A stretch of 62,474 nucleotides of DNA from Octopus bimaculoides (taxonomy: Eukaryota): NCBI RefSeq assembly GCF_001194135.2, contig NC_068998.1:28651561-28714034 (forward strand), in the 5' to 3' direction. The notes beneath the pieces are model-generated. The model saw nothing but the letters and a program-made list of their open reading frames with translations, had not been told where the DNA came from and did no database searches. Of this stretch, positions 51,560 through 62,474 are shown piece after piece. Numbering within the stretch: the stretch's first letter is position 1; every line of letters starts with the position of its first letter. The translations under genes were made by a program, and so were the position numbers.

Positions 51560-52450
51560 TTTGAATATGAAACCTTACGCTCTCTGTTTGTTTCCTTGAG
51601 TGTGTGTATCTATGATAACTAGAGATGTTGCACATTAATAAATGGATAATGGAATGGCCCATTGTTTTGAAATGAGTGAGAGACAGGTTGGCTGCCTATC
51701 ATACATAACAGTGTACTTCAAATGTACTTCTGAAAGTGATTGGCAAGGCAACAACCTGTTCTTTGAAGTAAAACATATCACAAAGTATGCAGATGATGCA
51801 ATATGTGAGGCTGGAAGATGCACAGCAGAAGTTTTGGCTAATGACTTAGATCTTGTGACAGTTTTAGTGTTGTTATTGTAGGGACAGGTATTGCATCATC
51901 AGCAAATTCACTTAAAAGTAATATGCCACGTATGGTTAGGTATCATGGAGCTTATAACAAGGAGATTGCTGAGGTTCTTGTCTTTCTTGAAAATGAGGAG
52001 GTGCTGCAGGAAAGGTCAGAGTTGTTATGGGGTCAGAGAATAGATTTGGACATCATGGATTAATGTGCAAGATGTGACATTTCATCTTAAATAAAGGGTT
52101 GTAGTTGTGGTTACTGCACTGCAGGAGGCTCAGATCATTGACCATGCCAATGCTCTCTTACCTTCTTTACAGAATGGATTTCATGTTCCCTCACTTTCCA
52201 TTAAAACACAAATTCATCCACAACTTTGAAATCCTACTGTCTGGCCCCACAATTGTTCTAGTCTTTCCTGTACAACTTCTCCTCAACTTCAGGAAAGATA
52301 GGAACCACAGCAACTTCCCAGTTAGAAGCTCTGTTGTGCCCAACCATACACAACTGAGCACTTCCAAGTGCACTAGCTGATCATACAACTCCTGGTTCTC
52401 CATTAGAAACACCAGTGGTGGACTGGACAGGTTGTCAGATTGCCTGATGG
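51560..52450 (-). mobile_element. CR1-type LINE relic (linker and RT N-terminus)
   Basis: DRQPTCLSLISKQ resembles NYRPI.LL..+SK; decayed. Confidence 0.45.
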
Positions 52451-52665
52451 CAAGTGGGTATCCTTAGATAAAGAATTTAGTTACTTGTTAAAATTTATCT
52501 GCAATAAATTGGTTATACTTCTACAACACAAGATATTTTAACAAGTTTTAATACAATTTCTAATGATCTATATTATAAAAGACAAGGTAAGGAATGAAAA
52601 AAGGGGCAGTGGCAACCATTTTTTCAAGTCTGTCACATTCATATTCATATATATATATAATACAT

Positions 52666-52828
52666 AGGCACAGGAGTAGCTGTGTGGTAAGTAGTTTGCT
52701 TACAAACCACATGGTTCCAGGTTCAGTCCCACTGCATATCACCTTGAGCAAGTGTTTTCTGCTGTAGCCTCAGACTGACAAAAGCCGCGTGAGTGGATTT
52801 GGTAGATGGAAACTGAAAGAAGCCTGTC

Positions 52829-52923
<95 letters not shown>

Positions 52924-53070
52924 TATGTTTGTCCCCCCAACATCGCTTGACAACAGGTGCTGGTGTGTTTACATCCCCGTAGCTTAGCAGTTCAGTAAAA
53001 GAGACTGATAGAATAAGTACGAGGCTTACAAAGAATAAGTCCTTCATCAATATTCTTGACTAAAGGCGGT
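52666..53070 (+). mobile_element. Full-length CORE-type SINE with internal (AT)n
   Basis: tagctgtgtggtaag A-box, ggttcagtccc B-box, CORE body and 3' body. Confidence 0.85.
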
Positions 53071-53239
53071 GGTGAGGGGGAGGTGTCAGTCACACGCATA
53101 ACAAAACACAATAAACAATAAAGAACACATTATATAAATCAAAATAAAACATCCAGAAGAGAGTGATACTTAATAAAATGGAAAAATATTTATATATATG
53201 TATGTATGTATATATATCTGTGCATGCGTGTGTGTATGC

Positions 53240-53933
53240 ATATATGTGTGTGTGTGCGTTTGCCCCTCTCACCATCGTCTAACGGTGAATTGATACAACG
53301 TCTTAGATACATATATGTACATATATAACCTTACTTATACATATATAAACAAGTATACACAATCATATTGACGTGTGTGTGTGTGTGNNNNNNNNNNNNN
53401 NNNNNNNNNNNNNNNNNNNNNNNNNNNNNNNNNNNNNNNNNNNNNNNNNNNNNNNNNNNNNNNNNNNNNNNNNNNNNNNNNNNNNNNNNNNNNNNNNNNN
53501 NNNNNNNNNNNNNNNNNNNNNNNNNNNNNNNNNNNNNNNNNNNNNNNNNNNNNNNNNNNNNNNNNNNNNNNNNNNNNNNNNNNNNNNNNNNNNNNNNNNN
53601 NNNNNNNNNNNNNNNNNNNNNNNNNNNNNNNNNNNNNNNNNNNNNNGACGTGTTTGTGTGTGCATATGTATGTACATGTGAATGTATGTTTATGTACTGA
53701 TATGTGCGTCAGTTCAAGTTGTATACATGACAGTTACTTTGTTGAAGGTTGTATATACGCACATATATACATATGCATATACACATATGTAAACACGCAC
53801 ACACATATATGTGTGTGTGTGCGTTTGCCCCTCTCACCATCGTCTAACGGTGAATTGATACAACGTCTTAGATACATATATGTACATATATAACCTTACT
53901 TATACATATATAAACAAGTATACACAATCATAT

Positions 53934-53975
<42 letters not shown>
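53240..53975. repeat. Apparently identical ~150-bp duplicate flanking an N gap (53240-53387 and 53805-53950)
   Basis: gcgtttgcccctctcaccatcgtctaacggtgaattgatacaacg...catattgacgtgtg occurs twice; probably an assembly overlap artefact. Confidence 0.85.
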
Positions 53976-53980
<5 letters not shown>

Positions 53981-54234
53981 AAGTTATATTTTTGATTGTG
54001 TACAGGTGTATTTTACTGGCAGTGTAACAATGGGTAATTACCTAATATTTAATTATAAATATATAATAGGGTTTTTTAAGCAATGAAAGGCATTGAGTGT
54101 TCACCAAAGTAAGATAGGAACCAAAGAGGTCCATGGGTAAAAATGGCTGAGAACCACTACGTTAGACAATATGTTAAAAATATTAACGACCTTTTAATAT
54201 CAGGAAATTATAATACAGCTTTTATTATTTTATT

Positions 54235-54450
54235 TTTTTACTTGTTTCAGTCATTTGATTGTGGCCATGGTAGAGCACCACCTTTAGTTGAGCAAATCGA
54301 CACCAGGACTTATTCTTTGTAAGCCTAGTACTTATTCTATAGGCCCTTTTTGCTGAACTGCTAAGCCACGGCACCAGCAACAGTTGTCAAGCGATGTTGG
54401 GGGGACAAACACATAAACATATACATATATATATATAAATATATATATAT
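54235..54450 (-). mobile_element. CORE-type SINE 3' half
   Basis: ttgtttcagtcatttgattgtggccatgg...gacttattctttgtaagcctagtacttattct. Confidence 0.8.
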
Positions 54451-54547
54451 ATACGACAATACGCCAACCACTCCGAGAGTGTAGTGGGTGCTTTTTATGT
54501 GCAACCAACATGGGATCCAGTCAGGTGACACTGGCATCAGACAGATG

Positions 54548-55460
54548 GCCACCCTTGTTAGGTATGCAGATGACATAAAAGTCTCTCAGACAATACAAAA
54601 TCCCAGAAATATTGCATATCTGCAACAGGGGTTGGATGCAATATACAGCTGAGCTGAGGACAACAACATGGAGTTTAATGCAAGGAAATTCCAAGCCCTG
54701 TGCTACCAGCTCACAAAGCTGAATGGCATGCAGACAGAAAACACTGGCCTGGGAGGAATTGCAATCCCTGACTCAAAATCAGTGCATGGCCTGGGTATTC
54801 ACATGAGCAATGATGCATCTTTCCAATGTGTATTACCAATTTAGTAATAGAATGCAGATGGCTAGCTGGATGGATCCTCTGAACTTTAAAAACAAGAGAG
54901 AAGGAGGCAATGATGGTCCTTTGGAGGGCAACTTGGACTACTGCTCGCAATTATAGTCACCACACAATATAAAATTAACAGCAGAACTTGAAGCAATCCA
55001 ACGAAGCTACACAAAGAAAACTGTCTCAATGCAATGTATCAGCTACTGGGAAAGACTGAAAGAATTAAAACTCTTCTGCCTAGAATGAAGGCGGGAAAGA
55101 TATGCAGTGATATAGATCTGGAAAATCCTGGAAGGCCTTGTACCAAACTTTGGCATTGAAAGTTACACAAACAGCAGAATGGGGCACCACTGCATAATGC
55201 CAAAGATCCCAGCATCTCCATGAAAATACAGAAACAGATACTGCAACAGCTTGGATTGCAAGGGCCCACAGCTCATCAATATCCATCAAAAATGCCTGAG
55301 AGACCTGCTGGGTGCGGATGTAGGTTTCATCAACACAAAACTGGATCTCATCCTGTCAAGGGTTCCAGATGAGCCTACCTCATGGCAGGAAACACAGACA
55401 AGGGCAACAGCATCAAACTCCTTCATTCACCAAATACCACATATCATAGGAGGTTTTTAA
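54548..55460 (+). mobile_element. CR1-type LINE RT C-terminal fragment
   Basis: RYADDIK, LDAIYS*AEDNNMEFNARKFQ, LDYCSQL, LEAIQRSYTK, SYWERLKELKL and RRERYAVIY.WKILEG. Confidence 0.9.
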
Positions 55461-55599
55461 TAATGGTGCAGTACAGTCAGCAGTGGTGTCCCAGCATGAC
55501 TGCAGCTTTGAAGCTGAAACAATTTAAAGATTTGTTTTTAAAGATTTTATATATATATATATATATGATGATGATGATGATGATGATAATGATGATGAT

Positions 55600-55642
<43 letters not shown>

Positions 55643-55659
55643 CATCATCATCATCATCA

Positions 55660-55735
55660 TCATCATCATCGTTTAACGTCCGCTTTCCATGCTAGCATGG
55701 GTTGGATGATTTGACTGAGGACTGGTGCAACCGGA
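55660..55735 (-). mobile_element. Short RTE 3'-end fragment with (ATG)n tail
   Basis: (cat)n cgtttaacgtccgctttccatgctagcatggg. Confidence 0.8.
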
Positions 55736-56039
55736 TCTTTAAGAAAATGAGATGACAAGTGCCTGGGTAACACCTTATAGCTTCATTGGAGCCTCATATA
55801 TGAAGTGCAATTTATTTGGGAAGAGAATTACATTTATGCATATATACAGGAAAAAGCATTACTAATGAGAAAGAAAACACATGTGTGAGGGATGAAATCC
55901 AGGGGCTCTTCCCATAAATAGTATATGATTAATTCTAAAATATGTATGAGTATGTGTAAAACCAAATGTAGATAAAAGGTAATTAAATCTGAAGGTCAAT
56001 AGAGCTACAAAAGTATTGACAAGACTCAGACAAGTTTGA

Positions 56040-58021
56040 TGCAAAAACAAAACATGAAGCAAATATTTTACTGCAGAAGTCTTCTAATGCTTGAAACTAT
56101 ATTGACAGTATTTAACTGTATATATTTTCAAACTAGAGACCCATTGTCAAGTTATCTACAGACAAGTGGTTTACATATGTTTACTGCATGGAATTTAGTA
56201 AATTCAGCTACAACAAAGTTGAAGGAACAGACAAGATCATTTGATAACGTTCACAGCAAGGCTTTGGAATTTGTAAATAAATATGTAATGACAGGATTTC
56301 ATAGATGAATATGGATGAAAATCAAACATTGGAAATTGATGCTTTCAAAACAGCATTGCCAGTTAAGAGACAGGAAAAGAAGAAATGACACATGATTCCT
56401 TGATTCTCCAGCTGATTTTTGAGTAAATGTGTTTAACCTAATAATGGATCACATTGTCCAGTACTAGAATCAAACTTTGTACAACACAAACGGTTGTATA
56501 AAGATTTATCCTGCTTGAACCCCCAGTGAAGTTTAAAGCTATTGCAGTGAAGAGCCTTGAAGTTGAAGCATTGGAAGGTATTATTAAGTTGTTTCCACAA
56601 ATCAGCAAAGATCAAGTAAAATTGGAATTGTTTTCTTTTGCTTCAAACTTTGATATATTAATGCTATTGTTTAATGATGATGAGAATATGGGTTCCAGTT
56701 ACAACAACTTAAAATTTTCAGCACTTGCCCATTGTATGTACTGTGGTGTGTGCGTACGAGTAGATGTAATCACCTTACCTCGGTTTTCCTTTCGTCGACT
56801 GCGAGTCTGTCTTGCGGTATCCAATCCTTGAAGCTTGCCCCGACCCAAAGAATACCAGGAATAGCAGCTGCTTCTCCCAAACCTAGACCGTCACTAGACA
56901 TGTCTTGTCCTGCAAAGCATATAACCTTTATGAAGTTTATAAAGTCAACTGCCCACTATCAGTTACCCAAGTCCAATTTAAGAGGACATATCCAAAGCTA
57001 AAGATCATAAAGACAAGGTTAAGAAATTCACTGTCTGAGGAGAACCTAGAATCATGCATGTTGCTGTCCATTGAAATGGAATTGTTAGATGAATTAGATG
57101 CAGAGGTAATTATTGACAAATTTACACAACCATCTAGTGAACTCAAACAATTACTCTTAATATATTAGACAGCATGTAATATATTTTTGTACTTTTAAAC
57201 TATTTGTTAATATGTAAAGTATGCAGTACAAGTAGACCATTTAAAAATATTCACCAATTATTTAAAAATTATAAAATCTAGTACACATACAATATACTGT
57301 TATTTTGGAAGTATATACTGTTTTGTTAAAAATTCTATAAGGCCTTATAAAAAGAGTAATAGTAAGAGCAGGGATAAAAGAATAATAGAAGGAAGTAAAA
57401 TATTAAAAGTAGAAGAAATCAACACCATGTAAATTTATCCTTTATTTTTAGATGGGCTGGTGCAATTCCTGGCATTTGTATATTTAATAAGAAATAATAT
57501 GGTATGTACAAGTTGTTTGGAAGAGATCTCCTTCGTAAAGAGTTAAGAAACACATGATGCGCATGTGTGAAGATGTGGTGTTGATTGCAATGCTCTGATT
57601 TTCATAAGAAAACATACCTATCTCTTTGACAGTAAAAAGTCTTCATTAAAAATAGTGAAATTGATTTATTAGACTTTATTTTCAGTTTGGTTAAAAATTT
57701 TCAAAATAACAATATATTTCCAAAATAGCAGCATATTATACATTTAACAAAAAACTTATTTAGAAATCCAATTATAACATTCTGTATTTGCATTTGGTAT
57801 TACTGTATGCTGCCAGTAATATATACAGTACATGTACACTTTAATTAGGAAAAAATATAAACTTTTTTTCACAAAAAGTTTTAATTGCATCGTTTTATTT
57901 TCACATATGTATTTTTTGAAAATTTTATTTATTCATTATAAAAATAAAATGATAGCATTGAGTTGTGGGTAGGTTCCCTTTGTCGCTTGGCAACCAGTAC
58001 TTTTACACTCAGTCCACTACT
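56040..58021 (+). mobile_element. hAT (ZMYM1-like) transposase C-terminal relic and 3' end
   Basis: PLSSYLQTSGL, and AYNLYEVYK..LSVTQV..KRTYPKLKIIKTRLRNSLSEENLES.MLLSIE (hAT dimerisation domain). Putative terminus ccactactg at ~58021. Confidence 0.85.
56779..56909 (-). CDS. Exon-like segment (phase 1-0) overlapping a CpG-rich insert in the hAT relic
   Basis: Acceptor tgctttgcag and donor GAG|GTAAGG. The single open frame reads QDMSSDGLGLGEAAAIPGILWVGASFKDWIPQDRLAVDERKTE. Confidence 0.3.
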
Positions 58022-58219
58022 GAAGAACATAACAGCCATCACTAGGCCTAAGTCATGATACTACATTACTCAAAACTTCTGCTGCATGTCTTATAACCTC
58101 ATATATTGCATATATTGCAAAATATTTAGTGGTCATACACTTAAAACATTTCATAATCTTACTGTCACTGTCTGTGGGATTTGAGCTACCAGCACAATCA
58201 GATTGATGGTTGCTTCTTT

Positions 58220-58710
58220 GTAATATTGCTTGCAAATTCCACTGAGGTCAATTTTACTGTCATCCTTTCAGGGTCAATAAAATGACAGATAAAAACTGGA
58301 GAATTGATATCAAACTAAATCCCTTTCCCTAAAACTGCTAGACTTGTACCAAAATATGAAACAATAACCATCATCTTCATTATTATTGTTATCATTATAA
58401 ATGCAACAAACTAGCAGAATCATTAGCACACTGCATTTCATCCACCTTTATGCTCCGAATTCAAATGCTGCCAAGGTCAACTTTACCTTTCATCCTTTTG
58501 GAATTGATATAATAGGTATCAGTCAATTACTGGGGTCAATGTAATTGACTATCCCCTTTTTCCTAAAATTTCAGGTCTTGTGCATACAGTAGAAAGGATT
58601 ATTATTATAAAGGCAGTGAGCTGGCAGAATCGTTAGCATGGTAAACTAAATGCCAGCAGCTTTTCTTCTGAGTTTAAATTTTGTTGAGGTCAACTTTGCT
58701 TTACATATGA
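58220..58710 (+). mobile_element. Three consecutive Nin/Deu-domain SINE copies
   Basis: caaattccactgaggtcaattttactgtcatcc (~58235), caaatgctgccaaggtcaactttacctttcatcc (~58462) and taaattttgttgaggtcaactttgc (~58675). Confidence 0.7.
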
Positions 58711-59099
58711 GCACAAGACCTTCAGTGCATCTGGTGGCTAATTATATAGAGGTTAGCTTTACACCTCTCATTTGAAGTTCCAGGCCCCAGCTAAATTCTT
58801 TTCCTGAAAAGTAGGCAGAATGTATTATAAGAATTGAAGCCAAAATTTCTCAACAAGCTTCCACCGGTACAAAGGAAAATTGGTCATTTTGCAGCATCTA
58901 ACAAAAATTGCATTAGCTTTCAGAGTTACCTTGCACATCAATAATGCAGTGGTGAGGGCCATGTTCAAATTACTAACTATAGATAAATAATATATCAGCC
59001 CAACAACAAGAATTGGTCATTGATGTAAATAACATATAATAGTAGACAATCTTTATAAACCCTTGATTATCTGACCTATAAAGCAGCCTTTACTTTCCC

Positions 59100-59770
59100 A
59101 CTAAGAGGCATACAATATTTGTTGTCAAATATGTATTGATACTTAAAGATGTTTCATCTCATTGTAAAGTTACAAAGACTGCAGAGGCAGATTAAGATGT
59201 CATTTTCTATGTTGTAGCAGTGAATCTAACAGTGACATATCTGTTAAAGAAACTAGCTACACTATCTCCAATATGAAAAACATGAAGACTTTGAAAGAAA
59301 CAATTTCACAGTTGAAATTTGGAAAACTACTGGAGATTTGTTTACTAGAGTTACGCATTCTATATTCTTTCAGTGTTTCTGCATTTATTGAAAGGATGCC
59401 AAAATCATCACTACTTACATGAGCATCAAAGTGTCTACCAAATAAACAACTGTTACAGAATCAACAATAGTTCTAGAAACATAAGGATGACTACTAAGGT
59501 GGCAATAGTTACAGAAAAATAATTAAAAAAAGTATATGACTTCAAAGATTTATGGATAAAATATTTATTTATGTAATTGTTGTTATGTAGCAGACTGTTG
59601 TAGAAAAGGTCTGTCAAAACATCAAAGCCAATTATTCTATAGGCATAGCAGAGCTGATATGATCAGGGGTATTGTTCAACTGTATAAGGAGAGTATAAAT
59701 TAACAAAAGCCACCATGAGTAATACTTGTGGACTTTCCACACAAAGCATTTGATTTAGTCAGTAGTTCTG
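59100..59770 (+). mobile_element. LINE RT relic (RTE-like)
   Basis: ILVDF..KAFDLV-like motif at ~59720-59760; heavily decayed. Confidence 0.4.
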
Positions 59771-59892
59771 GTGATACAACCTTGGAATATTTTGAATATT
59801 ACAATATACTTTCTGACCATTTTGATGACAACTTTTCACAAATCATGCAATTCAGCAAATCTGAAGGGTCCTGTATTGACAGTGGAGTTTAA

Positions 59893-60111
59893 CCCTTTAG
59901 CATTTAAACCAGCTATATCCAGCCAAAATATTTTACATGTTTTATGTACAAAGTGGCCAGATCTGGCCTCTCACACCAACTCTATAATGTTATTCTAAAA
60001 ACTAACAGTTACTTTGTCAAAATCTCAAAACTACAAGATAATGCATAACTAATTCAAAACAATATGAATAAATAGCATTACTTTTGATAGAATAATGTGA
60101 ATGCTAAAGGG
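59893..60111. mobile_element. piggyBac-type MITE
   Basis: TTAA|CCCTTTAGCATT ... AATGCTAAAGGG|TTAA, giving a perfect 12-bp TIR and TTAA target-site duplication. Confidence 0.92.
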
Positions 60112-60449
60112 TTAAGAAGGATGAATCACCACTCCTACCGTATTTAATATCTATTTCATTTTCCCCATTCCATCATTTGGTATGCTGCTTCCCTTGACAA
60201 GCATCCTTTTTTTACCTTTCTTTGTTAAGTGGTACAAAGATATAAGAGTTTCTAATTATTCAAGAGCTCTTATATCTCAAATGGATAATTCTGCTTTTGT
60301 GAAACACATGAATGGTATTCTGCAATTCATTTTGATGTGAACGTGTTTAGTTTAAAGACAAACTTGTTCAAGCTTTCAAGGAGGTAAGCTTCAGTATTTA
60401 CATAAAAGACAACTCTCCTTGGTAAAAAGCATTCTATTTTCAGTCTATA

Positions 60450-60900
60450 ATCATCCTCCATTTTGACATCCTATTCTGTTTTATCAAAAGGTAGTTCATA
60501 ATGTAAGAGATCACATACATTCCACACTAACCAATCCACTTTTGCCTCTTGTCCCAAGGTCAACAGCTCCCCAACATCTTATATGAAGATCCTCATTATC
60601 ATATGTATGACTTTGGCAGAGCTCCTTCAATACATTAAGGCTCTGTAACCCTGTTTTGTGATATAAAAGAGTAACCTGTGGCATATTTGGTCTTCTCAAA
60701 GCATGTCCAATCCAAGTCAATCGTTTTGAACATAGAATGTTTTCAACTGAAGAAATCTACACTCTTATAATTAGTGAGTACTAATGTCTTGATACTGAGT
60801 TAATCTCTTGTAAAGCAACATCTCTAACTTTTAGATGGCTATGTAAGCATATTTGGAATTTTACCAACAAACTTAAAATGGTAATTTGGAAGTTCTGCAT
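60450..60900 (-). mobile_element. RTE-type LINE C-terminal relic
   Basis: RLTWIGHALRRP motif (ORF 60511-60720). Confidence 0.55.
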
Positions 60901-61799
60901 GGGGGAAGTGAAACCTTGGGCCATCAACTGAATGCTATATCAGAGACTCATTGCCTCCCATACCATCTGCCAGCCAACTATAATCATAACTCACTCCATT
61001 ATATTCCATACTGCTGGAACATGATTATATCTTTTCCTAACATAACATATATATTAAGAATATGTATATTGGTGGGTGAGTGTGTGTGTGTTTGCATGAA
61101 TGTGTGTGTGTATGTTTGTGTGAATGTGTGTGTGTATGTGTGTGTGTGTGTGTGTATGTGTGTGTGTGTGTGAGTAGTGATTGAGTGAGGAAGTGAATGA
61201 GGGGAATGATGAGAGAGATTTCATGCATGACTATAATGCTGGTGAAGAAAATACTGTAGAAATTTGAAGAAAGGATAGACGATTAATAATGTAATCTATA
61301 AAACTGATGAAATTCAGAAGAATCTATTGTATATTGGAGATTTTAGATAAGTTTATAATTGCATTTGTTTTGTGCCTTGTGCCAATTCAGGTTGACAAAA
61401 AATAAATAAATAAAATTAAATGAAAAGAAGTTAAAGAAAATATAAAATGTAGAGAGAGGGAGAAATTGGTTGATTATAACTAGCTTAGTAAATTTACAAG
61501 CAATTTTAGATAACTATGAGGAAATTTAATCATAAAGATAATATTATTACCAATGAGAGCACACACAAGAATAAAAATGAATTCAATAATAACTTGCATA
61601 AAGACAATGGAATAACGATTTCAACATTGACTTTGTAACTATAGCTTGGCAATTTAAATGACCTAGAGATGTCAATTAGATTGGCAAAACTTATGGAAGC
61701 TGACTGCTCAGACACAAACACACACAGAGGACTTTTGAAGGAGAATGTGCCTATACTTTGCAAATGGTGAATTATGGAAGATTAGTGTTCTCTGATATG

Positions 61800-62010
61800 T
61801 ATTTAGATGGGCTGCAAAAGTAATGACATTATATTCGAATAAATATGAATAATACAAATCAACATTTAGAATAAAGTTTTTTGATAGGTATACTTTAGAT
61901 TTTCTAGCTCCTTGTACTACTGACTTCCTCTCCAAAATAAAGATAATGGTGACCCATTTTTGAAATGAGCCCCATGAAGTAGAGTGACTGCTGCAGAGAG
62001 TGTCACTGGC
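61800..62010 (-). mobile_element. Possible mariner 3'-end relic
   Basis: TIR-like tttagatgggctgcaaaagtaatgac; minus strand DTLC...GSFQKW resembles a mariner C-terminus. Confidence 0.3.
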
Positions 62011-62204
62011 TGTTCTCCATGGCAATGCCATTACGGTCTTTATCACAGGGCACGGCTGAGCATGTCATTTGTTCTGGGATATGTGGTTCATTGCTCCCTC
62101 CCCTCCATCTTTCACTGCTTTACTCTGCACACACTTCTTTCCTTTTCTTTCTTTTCCTTTCTTATCACTCTCTTTTCTTGTTTCTTTGTTTTTAAATGCT
62201 TGGA

Positions 62205-62474
62205 TCATCATCATCATCATCATCATCGTTTAACGTCCGCTTTCCATGCTAGCATGGGTTGGACGATTTGACTGAGGACTGGTGAAACCGGATGGCAACA
62301 CCAGGCTCCAATCTGATTTGGCAGAATTTCTACAGCTGGATGCCCTTCCTAATGCCAACCACTCAGAGAGTGTAGTCGGTGCTTTTACGTGTCACCCGCA
62401 CGAAGGCCAGTCAGGCGGTACTGGCAACGGCCATGCTCAAAATGGTGTATTTTATGTGCCACCCACACAAGAGC
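62205..62474 (-). mobile_element. Young RTE 3'-end copy (runs off the window)
   Basis: (cat)n cgtttaacgtccgctttccatgctagcatggg...ctggatgcccttcctaatgccaacc, CpG-rich. Confidence 0.85.

Noticed and set aside
53240-53975. Duplication around a gap as a biological tandem array
   Set aside because: Apparently identical copies flanking Ns are typical of unmerged contig overlap; long reads would be needed to say otherwise.

Overview
This is repeat-dense eukaryotic DNA from a gapped draft assembly (several N runs). The CORE- and Nin-domain tRNA SINE families and the microsatellite load point to an octopus genome; that assignment is an inference. No intact protein-coding gene, rRNA, tRNA gene or CRISPR array is supported, and nearly all ORFs in the supplied track are microsatellite, gap or decayed-transposon artefacts. 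The window is a nest of decayed mobile elements: RTE/BovB and CR1-type LINEs, two Penelope relics, at least four mariner/Tc1 relics, hAT and MULE transposase relics, a piggyBac-type MITE and many SINEs. The most interesting observations are five. (1) Four co-oriented restriction-like-endonuclease (R4/Dong-like) retrotransposons cluster at 11.4-24.9 kb and repeatedly abut (CATA)n/(TATG)n microsatellites. (2) Two minimal type I hammerhead-ribozyme-like motifs lie at Penelope-type ends. (3) Several long fold-back palindromes are present. (4) A long-TIR MITE carries internal TTAGGG repeats. (5) A few phase-compatible candidate minus-strand exons may belong to an unidentified host gene, and a CpG-rich exon-like insert sits inside the hAT relic. 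All homology calls are from motif recognition by eye; most element boundaries are approximate.
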